Part shown: positions 1 through 7,802 of the stretch, piece after piece
How positions within the stretch are numbered: the first letter of the stretch is position 1
Layout: every line of letters starts with the position of its first letter
From: Massilia endophytica
Lineage (GTDB): Bacteria; Pseudomonadota; Gammaproteobacteria; Burkholderiales; Burkholderiaceae_D
Length of the DNA: 40,000 nt
Assembly: GCF_021165955.1 (NCBI RefSeq)
Contig: NZ_CP088952.1
Location: forward strand, 2,935,137-2,975,136
Reading direction: 5' to 3'
The notes under the pieces: generated by a model
The model's input: only the letters and a program-made list of their open reading frames with translations
What the model was told of the DNA's origin: nothing
Database searches by the model: none
Made by a program: the position numbers and the translations under genes

Positions 1-191
1 TCCATGTAGGGCACGGACTGCAGGTAGGTCTTCTGCTCGGCCAGTTTCTCCGTGGCGCGGTGCAGCAGGCCGATATGGGGGTCGGCGCGCTGGATCACCT
101 CGCCGTCCAGTTCCAGCACCAGGCGCAGCACGCCGTGCGCTGCCGGGTGCTGCGGACCGAAGTTCAGGGTGTAGTTCTTAATCTCAGCCAT
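1..191 (-). CDS. nuoD: NADH-quinone oxidoreductase subunit D, N-terminal fragment (continues beyond window start)
   Basis: The reverse complement of 1-191 reads [63 protein letters not shown], the conserved NuoD N-terminus. The ATG at 191-189 overlaps the nuoC stop by 1 nt (TAATG). The gene follows nuoA-B-C in operon order. Confidence 0.9.
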   Translation of the reverse strand, partial: MAEIKNYTLNFGPQHPAAHGVLRLVLELDGEVIQRADPHIGLLHRATEKLAEQKTYLQSVPYM

Positions 192-784
192 TATTTCATC
201 CCGTAGTTTTCTTCGCGGATCACGCGCGGCACGTTTTCGCGCGGCTCGATGGTCACAGGCTGGTAGATCACGCGCTTCTGCGCTTCGTCATAGCGCATCT
301 CGACGTAGCCGGAAACCGGGAAGTCCTTGCGGAACGGATGGCCGATGAAGCCGTAGTCGGTGAGGATGCGGCGCAGGTCGTTGTGGCCTTCGAAGAGAAT
401 GCCCAGCAGGTCGAAGGCTTCGCGCTCGTACCAGTTGGCGGCGCGCCACAGCGGGGTAACCGATTGCACGAGGGGCATGTCGTCGTCGGCGCAGAACACG
501 CGCACGCGCAGGCGCCAGTTGTTCTTCACCGACAGCAGGTGCGACACCACGGCGAAACGGGCGCCTTCCCAGGCGCCCTCTCCGTAGGTCGAATAGTCGA
601 CGCCGCACAGGTCGATCAGCTGATCGAAGCCGAGTGCGGGATCGTCGCGCAGCGTCTGCATGATGCCGTAGTAGTCGTCAGCCTTGACGACGATGGTGAT
701 TTCGCCCAGCGCCACGGTGATTGCCGCGCGCTCGCCTAGGGCCTTGCCGAGGGCGGTTTCCAGGACTTCCAGATGTGTAGTCAT
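191..784 (-). CDS. nuoC: NADH-quinone oxidoreductase subunit C
   Basis: 197-aa ORF with typical NuoC sequence (...[41 protein letters not shown]...). It lies between nuoB and nuoD. Confidence 0.95.
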   Translation of the reverse strand: MTTHLEVLETALGKALGERAAITVALGEITIVVKADDYYGIMQTLRDDPALGFDQLIDLCGVDYSTYGEGAWEGARFAVVSHLLSVKNNWRLRVRVFCADDDMPLVQSVTPLWRAANWYEREAFDLLGILFEGHNDLRRILTDYGFIGHPFRKDFPVSGYVEMRYDEAQKRVIYQPVTIEPRENVPRVIREENYGMK

Positions 785-801
785 TTTTCTTCAGCGCCCC
801 A

Positions 802-1278
802 TCAACGTGCGATCGTGTTCGTGCGCTTGATCTTGTTCTGCAGCTGCATGATGCCGTAGAGCAGAGCCTCCGCGGTCGGCGGGCAGCCCGGCACGTACAC
901 GTCCACCGGCACGATGCGGTCGCAGCCGCGCACCACGGAGTAGGAGTAGTGGTAGTAGCCGCCGCCGTTGGCGCAGGAGCCCATGGAGATGACCCAGCGC
1001 GGTTCCGGCATCTGGTCGTAGACCTTGCGCAGCGCGGGCGCCATCTTGTTGCACAGCGTGCCGGCCACGATCATCACGTCGGACTGACGCGGGGACGGAC
1101 GGAACACCACGCCGAAGCGGTCCATGTCGTAACGGGCAGCGCCCACGTGCATCATTTCGACCGCACAGCAGGCCAAGCCGAACGTCATCGGGAACATCGA
1201 CCCGGTGCGCGCCCAGTTGATCAGCTTGTCGGCCGAGGTGGTGATGAAACCTTCGTTCAATACGCCTTCAATAGCCAT
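802..1278 (-). CDS. nuoB: NADH-quinone oxidoreductase subunit B
   Basis: 158-aa ORF with the NuoB hallmarks [25 protein letters not shown] and VPGCPP (N2 Fe-S cluster cysteines). Confidence 0.97.
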   Translation of the reverse strand: MAIEGVLNEGFITTSADKLINWARTGSMFPMTFGLACCAVEMMHVGAARYDMDRFGVVFRPSPRQSDVMIVAGTLCNKMAPALRKVYDQMPEPRWVISMGSCANGGGYYHYSYSVVRGCDRIVPVDVYVPGCPPTAEALLYGIMQLQNKIKRTNTIAR

Positions 1279-1281
1279 GGC

Positions 1282-1641
1282 TTATTCCCAATCAAGGGCA
1301 CCTTTCTTCCAGATATACCAAAAACCGACCACGAATTCGGCGATGAACACCATCATCGTCACGAAGCCCTGCCAGCCCAGTTCGCGCATGGATACGCCCC
1401 ACGGGAAGAAGAATGCCGTTTCCAGATCGAACAAAATAAAGAGGATTGCGACGAGGTAGTAACGCACGTCGAATTTCATGCGCGCGTCTTCGAAGGCTTC
1501 GAAGCCGCACTCGTAAGGGGAAAGTTTCGCCGCATCGGGCTTGTGGGGGCCAAGCAGGCGGCCCAGCACTTGGGGAACGACGCCGACGCTGAGGCCGACG
1601 AGCAGGAACAGGAGGACGGGGAAGTAGTTTTCGAGGTTCAC
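1282..1641 (-). CDS. nuoA: NADH-quinone oxidoreductase subunit A
   Basis: The track ORF 1282..1812 is over-extended. The NuoA-like sequence starts at the GTG at 1641 ([17 protein letters not shown]...SPYECGF...LFILFDLE...), giving 119 aa, the usual NuoA size. The upstream part of the long ORF runs to within 5 nt of the tRNA-Leu 3' end and has no protein-like sequence. Confidence 0.9.
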   Translation of the reverse strand: MNLENYFPVLLFLLVGLSVGVVPQVLGRLLGPHKPDAAKLSPYECGFEAFEDARMKFDVRYYLVAILFILFDLETAFFFPWGVSMRELGWQGFVTMMVFIAEFVVGFWYIWKKGALDWE

Positions 1642-1816
1642 GATGTGGTAGCAGCTTATAACGATCGGTTGGGAGTGCACTGCCATGAACCGCAGTGCAT
1701 GAACGCTCGACCCCAATCGAATGCTGAGACCAGGATCAAACGACACATCCTCGTAAAAAAACCAGCAAGGGCATGAGTTTGTGCAACTCGGGCGCCCATG
1801 CTGGCCTCTCAATTCT

Positions 1817-1901
1817 TGGTGCCGACGACGAGACTCGAACTCGTACAGCTTGCGCCACTACCCCCTCAAGATAGCGTGTCTACCAATTTCACCACGTCGG
1901 C
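1817..1901 (-). tRNA. tRNA-Leu (anticodon GAG), 85 nt with long variable arm and encoded CCA
   Basis: The minus strand reads GCCGACGTGGTGAAATTGGTAGACACGCTATCTTGAGGGGGTAGTGGCGCAAGCTGTACGAGTTCGAGTCTCGTCGTCGGCACCA. It has a 7-bp acceptor stem (GCCGACG/CGTCGGC), an anticodon stem CTATC/GGTAG with loop TTGAGGG (anticodon GAG, plus coordinates 1865-1867), a T-arm GTTCGAGTC and a long extra arm typical of tRNA-Leu. Confidence 0.95.
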
Positions 1902-1997
1902 ATTAAGGCCGCTATTCTACTCTGGTTTGCGCACTTTGTTAATGTCAATTGCGCCAGATCAAGAAGAAAAATAGCGGAAGGCTGAAAATAGCCGGTT

Positions 1998-2423
1998 TTA
2001 CTTCGGGATTTGTTGAGCCGGTGCGCCGGAGGCAGGCGCAGGGGCGGCCGGTGCGGCTTCCGCCGGCGCCGGAGTGGCAGCTGCCGGAGCAGGCGCCGGG
2101 TTCGCCGAAGGAATGGCGGCCGAACCCTTGACCGGAGCAGGCGCGGTCACGTTCGACATCACGCCGCCGCCCACCGCCGTCGTGCGCTGGTTGGCCAGCA
2201 GGGACAGGCCCAGGGTCGCGGCGAAGAAGATCGCTGCGGCCACCGCGGTGGACTTGGACATGAAGTTCGAGGAGCCGGTGGCGCCGAACAGGCTGCCGGA
2301 GGCGCCGGAGCCGAAGGCCGCGCCCATGTCGGCGCCCTTTCCGTGCTGCAGGAGCACCAGGCCGATGATGGCCAGGGCCGACAGGACCTGCACTACTACG
2401 ATCAGATTGAACAGGGTGTTCAT
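1998..2423 (-). CDS. secG: preprotein translocase subunit SecG (with Ala/Pro-rich C-terminal tail)
   Basis: 141-aa ORF. The N-terminal approximately 80 aa (MNTLFNLIVVVQVLSALAIIGLVLLQHGKGADMGAAFGSGASGSLFGATGSSNFMSKST...) is classic SecG. The tpiA-secG-tRNA-Leu-nuoA order is conserved. Confidence 0.9.
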   Translation of the reverse strand: MNTLFNLIVVVQVLSALAIIGLVLLQHGKGADMGAAFGSGASGSLFGATGSSNFMSKSTAVAAAIFFAATLGLSLLANQRTTAVGGGVMSNVTAPAPVKGSAAIPSANPAPAPAAATPAPAEAAPAAPAPASGAPAQQIPK

Positions 2424-2464
2424 GCTATTCCATTCTCAGTTTAACGAAGGTACTACTTAATCAC

Positions 2465-3214
2465 TTATTCGGCAGCGTGTACGATGCCGAGAAAATCTGC
2501 CGCCTTCAGCGCGGCGCCGCCAATCAGGCCGCCGTCGATATCCGGCTGGGCCAGCAGCTCGCGCGCGTTGTCCGGCTTGACGCTGCCGCCGTACAAAATC
2601 TGCAGCGCTTCGGCCGCGGCCGGGCTGCGCTTGGCCACCTGCTTGCGCAGCAGCGCATGGATTTCCTGCGCGATGGCGGGCGTGGCCGTCTTGCCGGTAC
2701 CGATGGCCCATACGGGCTCATAGGCCAGCACAATCTTTTCCAGCGCCGGGGTTTCCAGCACGTCCAGCACGGCCTGCAGCTGGGCGCACACCACCAGGGC
2801 CGACTGCCCTGCTTCGCGCTGCTCCAGGGTTTCGCCCACGCAGACCACCGGCGTCAGGCCCGCGTTCAGCGCGGCCAGCACCTTTTGCGCCACCAGCTCG
2901 CTGCTTTCCTGGTGATAGGCGCGGCGCTCGGAGTGGCCGCACAGCACATAGCGGCAGCCGAAATCCTGCAGCATGGAGGCGGCGACTTCGCCGGTATAGG
3001 CGCCCGCCGCGTAGGCCGACACGTCCTGCGCGCCCCAGCTGATGGGCGTTCCGGCCAGCTCGGCCTGGCATTGGGCCAGGTAGGGGGCTGGCGCACAGAC
3101 CGCGCAATCGGCATTCTTCGCGGCATAGCCAGCGACAACTCCGGACAATAATACCGAATTGCCAGCCAGGCTGCCATTCATCTTCCAATTGCCGATAACC
3201 AGTTTGCGTCGCAT
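2465..3214 (-). CDS. tpiA: triose-phosphate isomerase
   Basis: 249-aa ORF with ATG at 3214. Motifs present: [26 protein letters not shown] and YGGSVKP. Confidence 0.95.
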   Translation of the reverse strand: MRRKLVIGNWKMNGSLAGNSVLLSGVVAGYAAKNADCAVCAPAPYLAQCQAELAGTPISWGAQDVSAYAAGAYTGEVAASMLQDFGCRYVLCGHSERRAYHQESSELVAQKVLAALNAGLTPVVCVGETLEQREAGQSALVVCAQLQAVLDVLETPALEKIVLAYEPVWAIGTGKTATPAIAQEIHALLRKQVAKRSPAAAEALQILYGGSVKPDNARELLAQPDIDGGLIGGAALKAADFLGIVHAAE

Positions 3215-3279
3215 AGGCGTCCGTGAGCAAATAACCCGTAATTGTAACGTGGTGCGCTCGGGCGGGTCAAACCCGGCCC

Positions 3280-4260
3280 TTAAATAACTTGCAACATGAT
3301 CTTGCCGACGTGGGCGCTGCTCTCCATGAGCGTGTGCGCGGCGGCTGCCTGCTCCAGGGGAAAGGTCTGGTAGATGACGGGCCTGATGTCGCCCGCTTCG
3401 ATGAGAGGCCAGGCCTTCTCGCGCAGCTGGCGCGCGATCTCCGCCTTGAAGGCCACGGAGCGGGGACGCAAGGTGGAGCCGGTGACGGTGAGGCGGCGGC
3501 GCAGCACCTGGCCCATGTCCAGCTGCCCTTTCGCCCCGCCCAGCAGGGCGATGATGACGAGGCGGCCGTCATCGGCCAGGCAGTTGATTTCGCGCGGCAG
3601 GTAGTCGCCGCCCACCATGTCCAGGATCACGTCCACGCCCGTGTCGCCGGTGAGCTGCTGCACCACGGCGGCGAAGTCCTCGTGCCGGTAGTTGATGCCC
3701 CGCTCCGCGCCCAGCGCCTCGCAGGCGCGCGCCTTCTCGTCGCTGCCAGCCGTGGCGAACACGCGGTGGCCCAGGGTGCTGGCCAGCTGGATGGCCGTCA
3801 CGCCGATGCCTGAACTGCCGCCCTGCACCAGCAGGGTCTCGCCCCGCCCAAGGCGGGCGCGGTCGAACACATTGCTCCACACGGTGAAGAAGGTCTCCGG
3901 CAGCGAGGCCGCCTCCAGCGCCGACAGCCCGCGCGGCACCGGCAGGCACTGTTCGATGGGCGCTGTCACATATTCGGCATAGCCGCCGCCCTGCACCAGG
4001 GCGCACACCATCTGCCCGATGCGGAAGCCGCTGCCCGCCAGGTCGCCGTCCACGATTTCGCCCGCCACTTCCAGGCCGGGAATGTCGGAGGCCCCGGGCG
4101 GCGGCGCGTAGCTGCCCAGGCGCTGGAACACGTCGGGCCGGTTGACGCCCGCCGCATGCACGCGGATGCGCACTTCGCCCGCCTGCGGCACGGGCACGGG
4201 CCGCTCGGTCAGGCGCAGGACCTCGGGCGGCCCGGACTTGCTGATTTCAATGGCACGCAT
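3280..4260 (-). CDS. NAD(P)H:quinone oxidoreductase, zinc-independent MDR family (PIG3/Qor-like)
   Basis: 326-aa ORF with an MDR-superfamily fold signature ([14 protein letters not shown]..., [14 protein letters not shown] Rossmann motif, C-terminal HVGKIML). Confidence 0.85.
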   Translation of the reverse strand: MRAIEISKSGPPEVLRLTERPVPVPQAGEVRIRVHAAGVNRPDVFQRLGSYAPPPGASDIPGLEVAGEIVDGDLAGSGFRIGQMVCALVQGGGYAEYVTAPIEQCLPVPRGLSALEAASLPETFFTVWSNVFDRARLGRGETLLVQGGSSGIGVTAIQLASTLGHRVFATAGSDEKARACEALGAERGINYRHEDFAAVVQQLTGDTGVDVILDMVGGDYLPREINCLADDGRLVIIALLGGAKGQLDMGQVLRRRLTVTGSTLRPRSVAFKAEIARQLREKAWPLIEAGDIRPVIYQTFPLEQAAAAHTLMESSAHVGKIMLQVI

Positions 4261-4261
4261 G

Positions 4262-4289
4262 ATCGCCCCTTTCGCTGGAAAGGGGCGAT
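4262..4289. promoter_or_regulatory. perfect 11-bp stem-loop directly 5' of the qor start codon, covering its likely RBS
   Basis: ATCGCCCCTTT (4262-4272), loop CGCTGG, AAAGGGGCGAT (4279-4289). On the minus strand the 3' arm AAAGGGGCGAT ends 1 nt before the qor ATG (4260) and contains the only purine-rich SD-like string. On the plus strand the stem is followed by TTTT. Confidence 0.4.
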
Positions 4290-4309
4290 TTTACCGTGGG
4301 CGGAAAAAC

Positions 4310-4927
4310 TCAGCCGCCACCCGTGCGCGAGGTGCGCGGCAGGGGCATGCCCGGCTTCCAGGCCGAGGACAGGCGCTGCCCTTCCTCGATCTGCTCCGGG
4401 CTCATGGTCTTGGCCACGGCGGCGCGCTGTTCGGCGGCGTTGGCATTGCCCGCCGCCGCCGACAGGTTCCACAGGGTGTAGGCGATGACGTTATCCTGCG
4501 GCATGCCGCCGATGTGGTAGCGGTACATCAGACCCAGCACCTGCTGGGCCTCCGCATGGCCCTGCTCGGCCGCCTTGCGGAACCAGCTCACGGCCTGCTT
4601 GTGGTCCTGGACCACGGCATTGCCCGTGTAGTACATGGCGCCCACGACATACTGCGCGTCGGCCTTGCCCTTCATGGCCGCCTTGCGGTGCCAGACGAGG
4701 GCCTGCTTGTAGTCCTGCGGCACGCCGCGGCCCATGTAGTACATCAGCCCCAGGAGGTGCTCGGCTTCCGTGTTGCCGGCGCGCGCCAGCGGCAGGATTT
4801 CCTTGTACGCCAGGGCATAGTTCTTGTTGTTGTAGGCGGTTGCGCCTTCAGCGAAGCCGGCTATCGCGCTGCCTTGCAGGCCGAGCGCGACGCCGATCGC
4901 CACGATGATGCGTCCTAGTTTTTTCAT
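4310..4927 (-). CDS. Sel1-repeat (SLR/TPR-like) secreted protein
   Basis: 205-aa ORF with an N-terminal signal-like segment MKKLGRIIVAIGVALGLQGSAIA. It carries tandem Sel1 repeats (AEHLLGLMYYMGRGVPQDYKQALVWHRKAA / DAQYVVGAMYYTGNAVVQDHKQAVSWFRKAAEQG / AEAQQVLGLMY). Confidence 0.8.
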   Translation of the reverse strand: MKKLGRIIVAIGVALGLQGSAIAGFAEGATAYNNKNYALAYKEILPLARAGNTEAEHLLGLMYYMGRGVPQDYKQALVWHRKAAMKGKADAQYVVGAMYYTGNAVVQDHKQAVSWFRKAAEQGHAEAQQVLGLMYRYHIGGMPQDNVIAYTLWNLSAAAGNANAAEQRAAVAKTMSPEQIEEGQRLSSAWKPGMPLPRTSRTGGG

Positions 4928-4981
4928 TTGTCCGAAATGGCTTCGTTCTTGATGTTATTCGCCCCTGTCCCCGGGGCCCAT

Positions 4982-5740
4982 TTACTTCCAGCTGACTTTA
5001 CCCAGTCCATCCACACTGACGTTGCGGTTCAGCGGCTTGCCGTACACGGTGACCGATCCCAGGCCGCTCAGGTTCAGGTTGGCGTTGGTGCGGGCGTTCA
5101 CGGTGGCATTGCCCAGGCCGCTCAGCTCCACTTCCACCGAATCGGCCTGGAACTGCTGCGCATTCAGGCCGCCCAGTCCGCCCAGGTTGGCCCGCAGCAT
5201 CTTGCTGCGCCCGCCCAGGGTCACATAGCCCGCGCCGCCCAGTTCCAGATCCACCGCGTCGTTCTCCGCCACCCACAGGTGCATGCTGCCCACGCCGCCA
5301 AGGTTGGCCTTCAGGCGGCGGTAGTCGCAGACCACCTTCATGCTGCCCGCACCGTCCAGCGTCAGTTCGATTTCCTCGCCCTTGAAGCCGCTCACCTCCA
5401 TGGTGCCCACGCCTTCCGAGACCAGCTCGCGCAGCTGCGGCAGCACCACGTCCGCGCGCACCGTGGAGCGGCTCCACTTCATGCCGCGGCTTTCCGTGTC
5501 CAGCAGCAGGGTGTCGCCGTTCTGCACCACCTTCACCTTGTCCACATAGCGCTTCTCGCCCGTGATGTGGACGGAAGGCTGGTCGCCCTGGCGCAGCCGC
5601 AGGTCGATCACGCCATCGAGCTTAACGCGCACCACGCGGGCGTCGATGACAGGGGCGGTGGTCTGCTCCTGGGCGCCGGCGGCGCCCGCGAACAGGGCCA
5701 GGGCGGCGATCAGCAGGGAGAAACGGATTGGGTTCTTCAT
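4982..5740 (-). CDS. DUF2807-like (GIN / putative adhesin head domain) exported protein
   Basis: The track ORF 4982..6091 is over-extended. The internal ATG at 5740 gives MKNPIRFSLLIAALALFAGAAGAQEQ (signal peptide). This is followed by repetitive beta-helix-like units (..GVGTMEVSG.., ..GAGSMKVV.., ..GVGSMHLW.., ..GAGYVTLGG.., LSGLGNATVNA.., LSGLGSVTVYGKP) as in DUF2807 proteins. The family call is from memory. Confidence 0.7.
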   Translation of the reverse strand: MKNPIRFSLLIAALALFAGAAGAQEQTTAPVIDARVVRVKLDGVIDLRLRQGDQPSVHITGEKRYVDKVKVVQNGDTLLLDTESRGMKWSRSTVRADVVLPQLRELVSEGVGTMEVSGFKGEEIELTLDGAGSMKVVCDYRRLKANLGGVGSMHLWVAENDAVDLELGGAGYVTLGGRSKMLRANLGGLGGLNAQQFQADSVEVELSGLGNATVNARTNANLNLSGLGSVTVYGKPLNRNVSVDGLGKVSWK

Positions 5741-5826
5741 GGCAGCATCCTCATGCAGTGTTCTTGTGTGCCAGCAGGCAAACGATCTGGTAACTGTACC
5801 GTGCGGCCGGGCCGCGGGCAACAGGC

Positions 5827-6033
5827 TTACAGGGCGGCTTTCTCTGCCGCGTTCAGACGCTTGGCGCTGACCACGACCACCGGCATCGGGGCTTGGGCCG
5901 CCTGGGCGGTGACCGCTGGCGGAGCAATGCCGCGCACCACGGGGCGGATGGCCTTGGCGGTCGCCATGCTGGTGCCGCCCACCAGAATGATGGCGGCCAC
6001 AAAGATGAACTCCATGTTTTTGGCGATGTTCAT
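5827..6033 (-). CDS. small hypothetical membrane-anchored protein (68 aa)
   Basis: The ATG at 6033 is preceded by GGGGAGGGAT (SD GGAGG, 5-nt spacer). The sequence is MNIAKNMEFIFVAAIILVGGTSMATAKAIRPVV...: one N-terminal hydrophobic helix, then an Ala/Pro/Val-rich tail. No family recognised. Confidence 0.5.
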   Translation of the reverse strand: MNIAKNMEFIFVAAIILVGGTSMATAKAIRPVVRGIAPPAVTAQAAQAPMPVVVVSAKRLNAAEKAAL

Positions 6034-6164
6034 GATCCCTCCCCGTGCAAGCGTTGTTGGTATGCTTGCATCGTAACCAGCCGCCGGGCAAGCATCACGC
6101 GGATTGCGATGAACTGCAGAATTGGCGTGCCAGACGACAGAATCGGGGGATATTCGCGCGTTTC

Positions 6165-6326
6165 TCAGCGCCAGCCGAGGTGCTGACCCAAGGTGTGCAT
6201 GCCCCGGCGCATCCAGCGCCAGGTGACAATGACCGGCTCGAAGTAGAAAGCCGGGGTCCTGCGTATGCCAATGACGACGCCTTCCTTGAATCCCAGCCAA
6301 AATTCATGCAGATCGGACTTGATCAT
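6165..6326 (-). CDS. small hypothetical protein (53 aa), translationally coupled to upstream 2-TM ORF
   Basis: The ATG at 6326 is preceded by AAGGAG (6-nt spacer). It overlaps the stop of ORF 6323..6604 as ATGA. The sequence is MIKSDLHEFWLGFKEGVVIGIRRTPAFYFEPVIVTWRWMRRGMHTLGQHLGWR. No family recognised. Confidence 0.45.
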   Translation of the reverse strand: MIKSDLHEFWLGFKEGVVIGIRRTPAFYFEPVIVTWRWMRRGMHTLGQHLGWR

Positions 6327-6604
6327 GGCCACTCCTTCGAATTTCGCACCAGCCAGCGTATCAGCCAGACCGCCAGCAGCAAGGCGTCGAAACATAGAAG
6401 TATGATGTGCGTCAAACGGGCAAATAGCAAGAAGTCCGGATCCCGGACGATTGCGGTCATCCATTCAACCAGCGCCGCGATTGCGGCGCTGAACAGCAAA
6501 GTGATGGAAAAAAGAACGCTGCTCGTCGCCAGATCGGCCGCGTAGGCTCCAATGAACCGCCCTGCCCGCCTGGACCGCAAGTGCCCTGCCCGCCGTCTGC
6601 CCAC
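6323..6604 (-). CDS. hypothetical small membrane protein (2 predicted TM helices); start uncertain
   Basis: The ORF has two hydrophobic helices (SSVLFSITLLFSAAIAALVEWM and THIILLCFDALLLAVWLIRWLV). The only upstream starts are GTG 6604 or TTG 6580, with no convincing SD. Support comes mainly from the ATGA coupling to the well-initiated downstream ORF. Confidence 0.35.
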   Translation of the reverse strand: MGRRRAGHLRSRRAGRFIGAYAADLATSSVLFSITLLFSAAIAALVEWMTAIVRDPDFLLFARLTHIILLCFDALLLAVWLIRWLVRNSKEWP

Positions 6605-6663
6605 GCCGCCCTCCCGTTTGGCTCAGCATAGCCCGGCAGCGATGGTGAGGGCATGAGGTGGCG

Positions 6664-7713
6664 CTATTCGACCGGGGCGGTGGCGGCGGGGGTGCCGCAG
6701 GAGAAGCAGAAGCGGGTGAAGGCGTTCTTGCGGGTGTCGCAGGCCGTGCAGCGGTTGAAGAGGCCGATACCGCAGTGGGGACAGAAGTCCATCTTCGGGT
6801 CCTTCAGGTCCGCCGGCCGCTCGCAGCCGGGGCAGACGCCCTTGGCCAGGCGCGCCTGGGCCACCTCGTAACTCAGGTCCTGGCGGCGCTGATTGTCCGG
6901 CAGGGCTTCGGCGGCGCGCTGGCGTTCCAGGTAGCGCTGCAGCGAAACGATGGCCTGCCGCCCCACCACCACCGTCAGCAGGATGCCCACCACATAGCGC
7001 ACATAGCCGCCATAGCTCGGCAGATAGGGCACCAGCTCCACGAAGAAGGCGAACAGCGCGAAGAAGATGAAGCCCCAGACGAAGGGCCAGTAGGTGCTCT
7101 TGCGCTGCTTCATCCACAGCCAGCCCGCCGCCGCCAGCAGCGGCAGGGTCAGCGCCAGGCGATAGCCGAAGACGCGCAGCTCGCGCATCTGGCGGGCCCG
7201 GTCCAGCAGGGGCTGGGCCGACGCCTCCAGCTGGTTGATGCGCGTGGCGGCCCGGTCGCGCGCCTGGCTCGCGTGCAGATGCTTCTGTTCCTGGGCCTGC
7301 ACGGCGCCCAGGGCCGTGCGCTCGGCCGCCTTCAGCCCGTCGAGCTCGCGCGTGCGGGCGATCAGTTCGGGGTCCTGCTCCGGCCGCGCCGTCACGCGCC
7401 GGGTGGAGAGCCAGTTGTCGAAGGTCTCGCTCGCCGTCTGGCTGTTGGAGGCGGCCACCTTGTGCTTCTGCCGGGCCTGCTCGAGCGCGGCCTGGGCCTC
7501 CACCACGCCCGCCTCGGCCAGCTGCAGCTCCATCTCGGCCTTCCGGTAGGCCGCTTCGTCCACGAACTGCTGCAGGACCAGGGGCTCCTCCACCAGGTTC
7601 ATGTTCTCCACCACCTTGCCGCCCAGGCCGATGAGGAAACCGGCGAAGACCAGGGCCACCAGCCACAGGCCGCGCTGGAACCATTTTTCAGACAGACGCA
7701 GGGCTTTGCTCAT
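6664..7713 (-). CDS. membrane protein with N-terminal TM anchor, long coiled-coil, multi-TM core and C-terminal double zinc-ribbon
   Basis: The ATG at 7713 (MSKALRL...) has GGAG 6 nt upstream; the track start at 7725 is TTG. There is a TM helix GLWLVALVFAGFLIGLG and about 170 aa of heptad-like Ala/Gln/Glu-rich sequence. Hydrophobic segments follow (LALTLPLLAAAGWLW, WPFVWGFIFFALFAFFVELV, VRYVVGILLTVVVG). The C-terminus is CPGCERP...CPHCG...CTACD...CFSCG (four CxxC pairs). Confidence 0.7.
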   Translation of the reverse strand: MSKALRLSEKWFQRGLWLVALVFAGFLIGLGGKVVENMNLVEEPLVLQQFVDEAAYRKAEMELQLAEAGVVEAQAALEQARQKHKVAASNSQTASETFDNWLSTRRVTARPEQDPELIARTRELDGLKAAERTALGAVQAQEQKHLHASQARDRAATRINQLEASAQPLLDRARQMRELRVFGYRLALTLPLLAAAGWLWMKQRKSTYWPFVWGFIFFALFAFFVELVPYLPSYGGYVRYVVGILLTVVVGRQAIVSLQRYLERQRAAEALPDNQRRQDLSYEVAQARLAKGVCPGCERPADLKDPKMDFCPHCGIGLFNRCTACDTRKNAFTRFCFSCGTPAATAPVE

Positions 7714-7802
7714 TGCATGCTCCAAAGTTCAATATGGACGGGATACTACCATTGCGCTGCCTGGCGGTAATATGAGCGTTTTCAACATATCCAACGACAA
7801 GA

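Noticed and set aside
1642-1812. N-terminal extension of nuoA (176-aa track ORF)
   Set aside because: The extension runs to within 5 nt of the tRNA-Leu 3' end and has no NuoA similarity. The GTG at 1641 gives the canonical 119-aa NuoA.
1998-2140. Ala/Pro-rich repetitive coding stretches (SecG tail; also the DUF3106 C-terminus at 29400-29660) as tandem DNA repeats
   Set aside because: These are imperfect low-complexity PAPA-type coding sequence within intact ORFs. I could find no exact tandem repeat unit by eye.
4928-6076. 382-aa plus-strand ORF and the 369-aa minus-strand extension to 6091
   Set aside because: The plus ORF is antisense to the DUF2807-like gene. The minus ORF's first 117 codons are Arg/Gly/His-rich with no SD. 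The internal ATG at 5740 yields a clean signal peptide, so the gene was trimmed.
6623-7770. 353-aa alternative-frame minus-strand ORF and 370-aa antisense plus-strand ORF overlapping the zinc-ribbon gene
   Set aside because: Only frame 6664..7713 gives TM helices, a coiled-coil and CxxC pairs. The others are Pro/Gly/Arg-rich artefacts.
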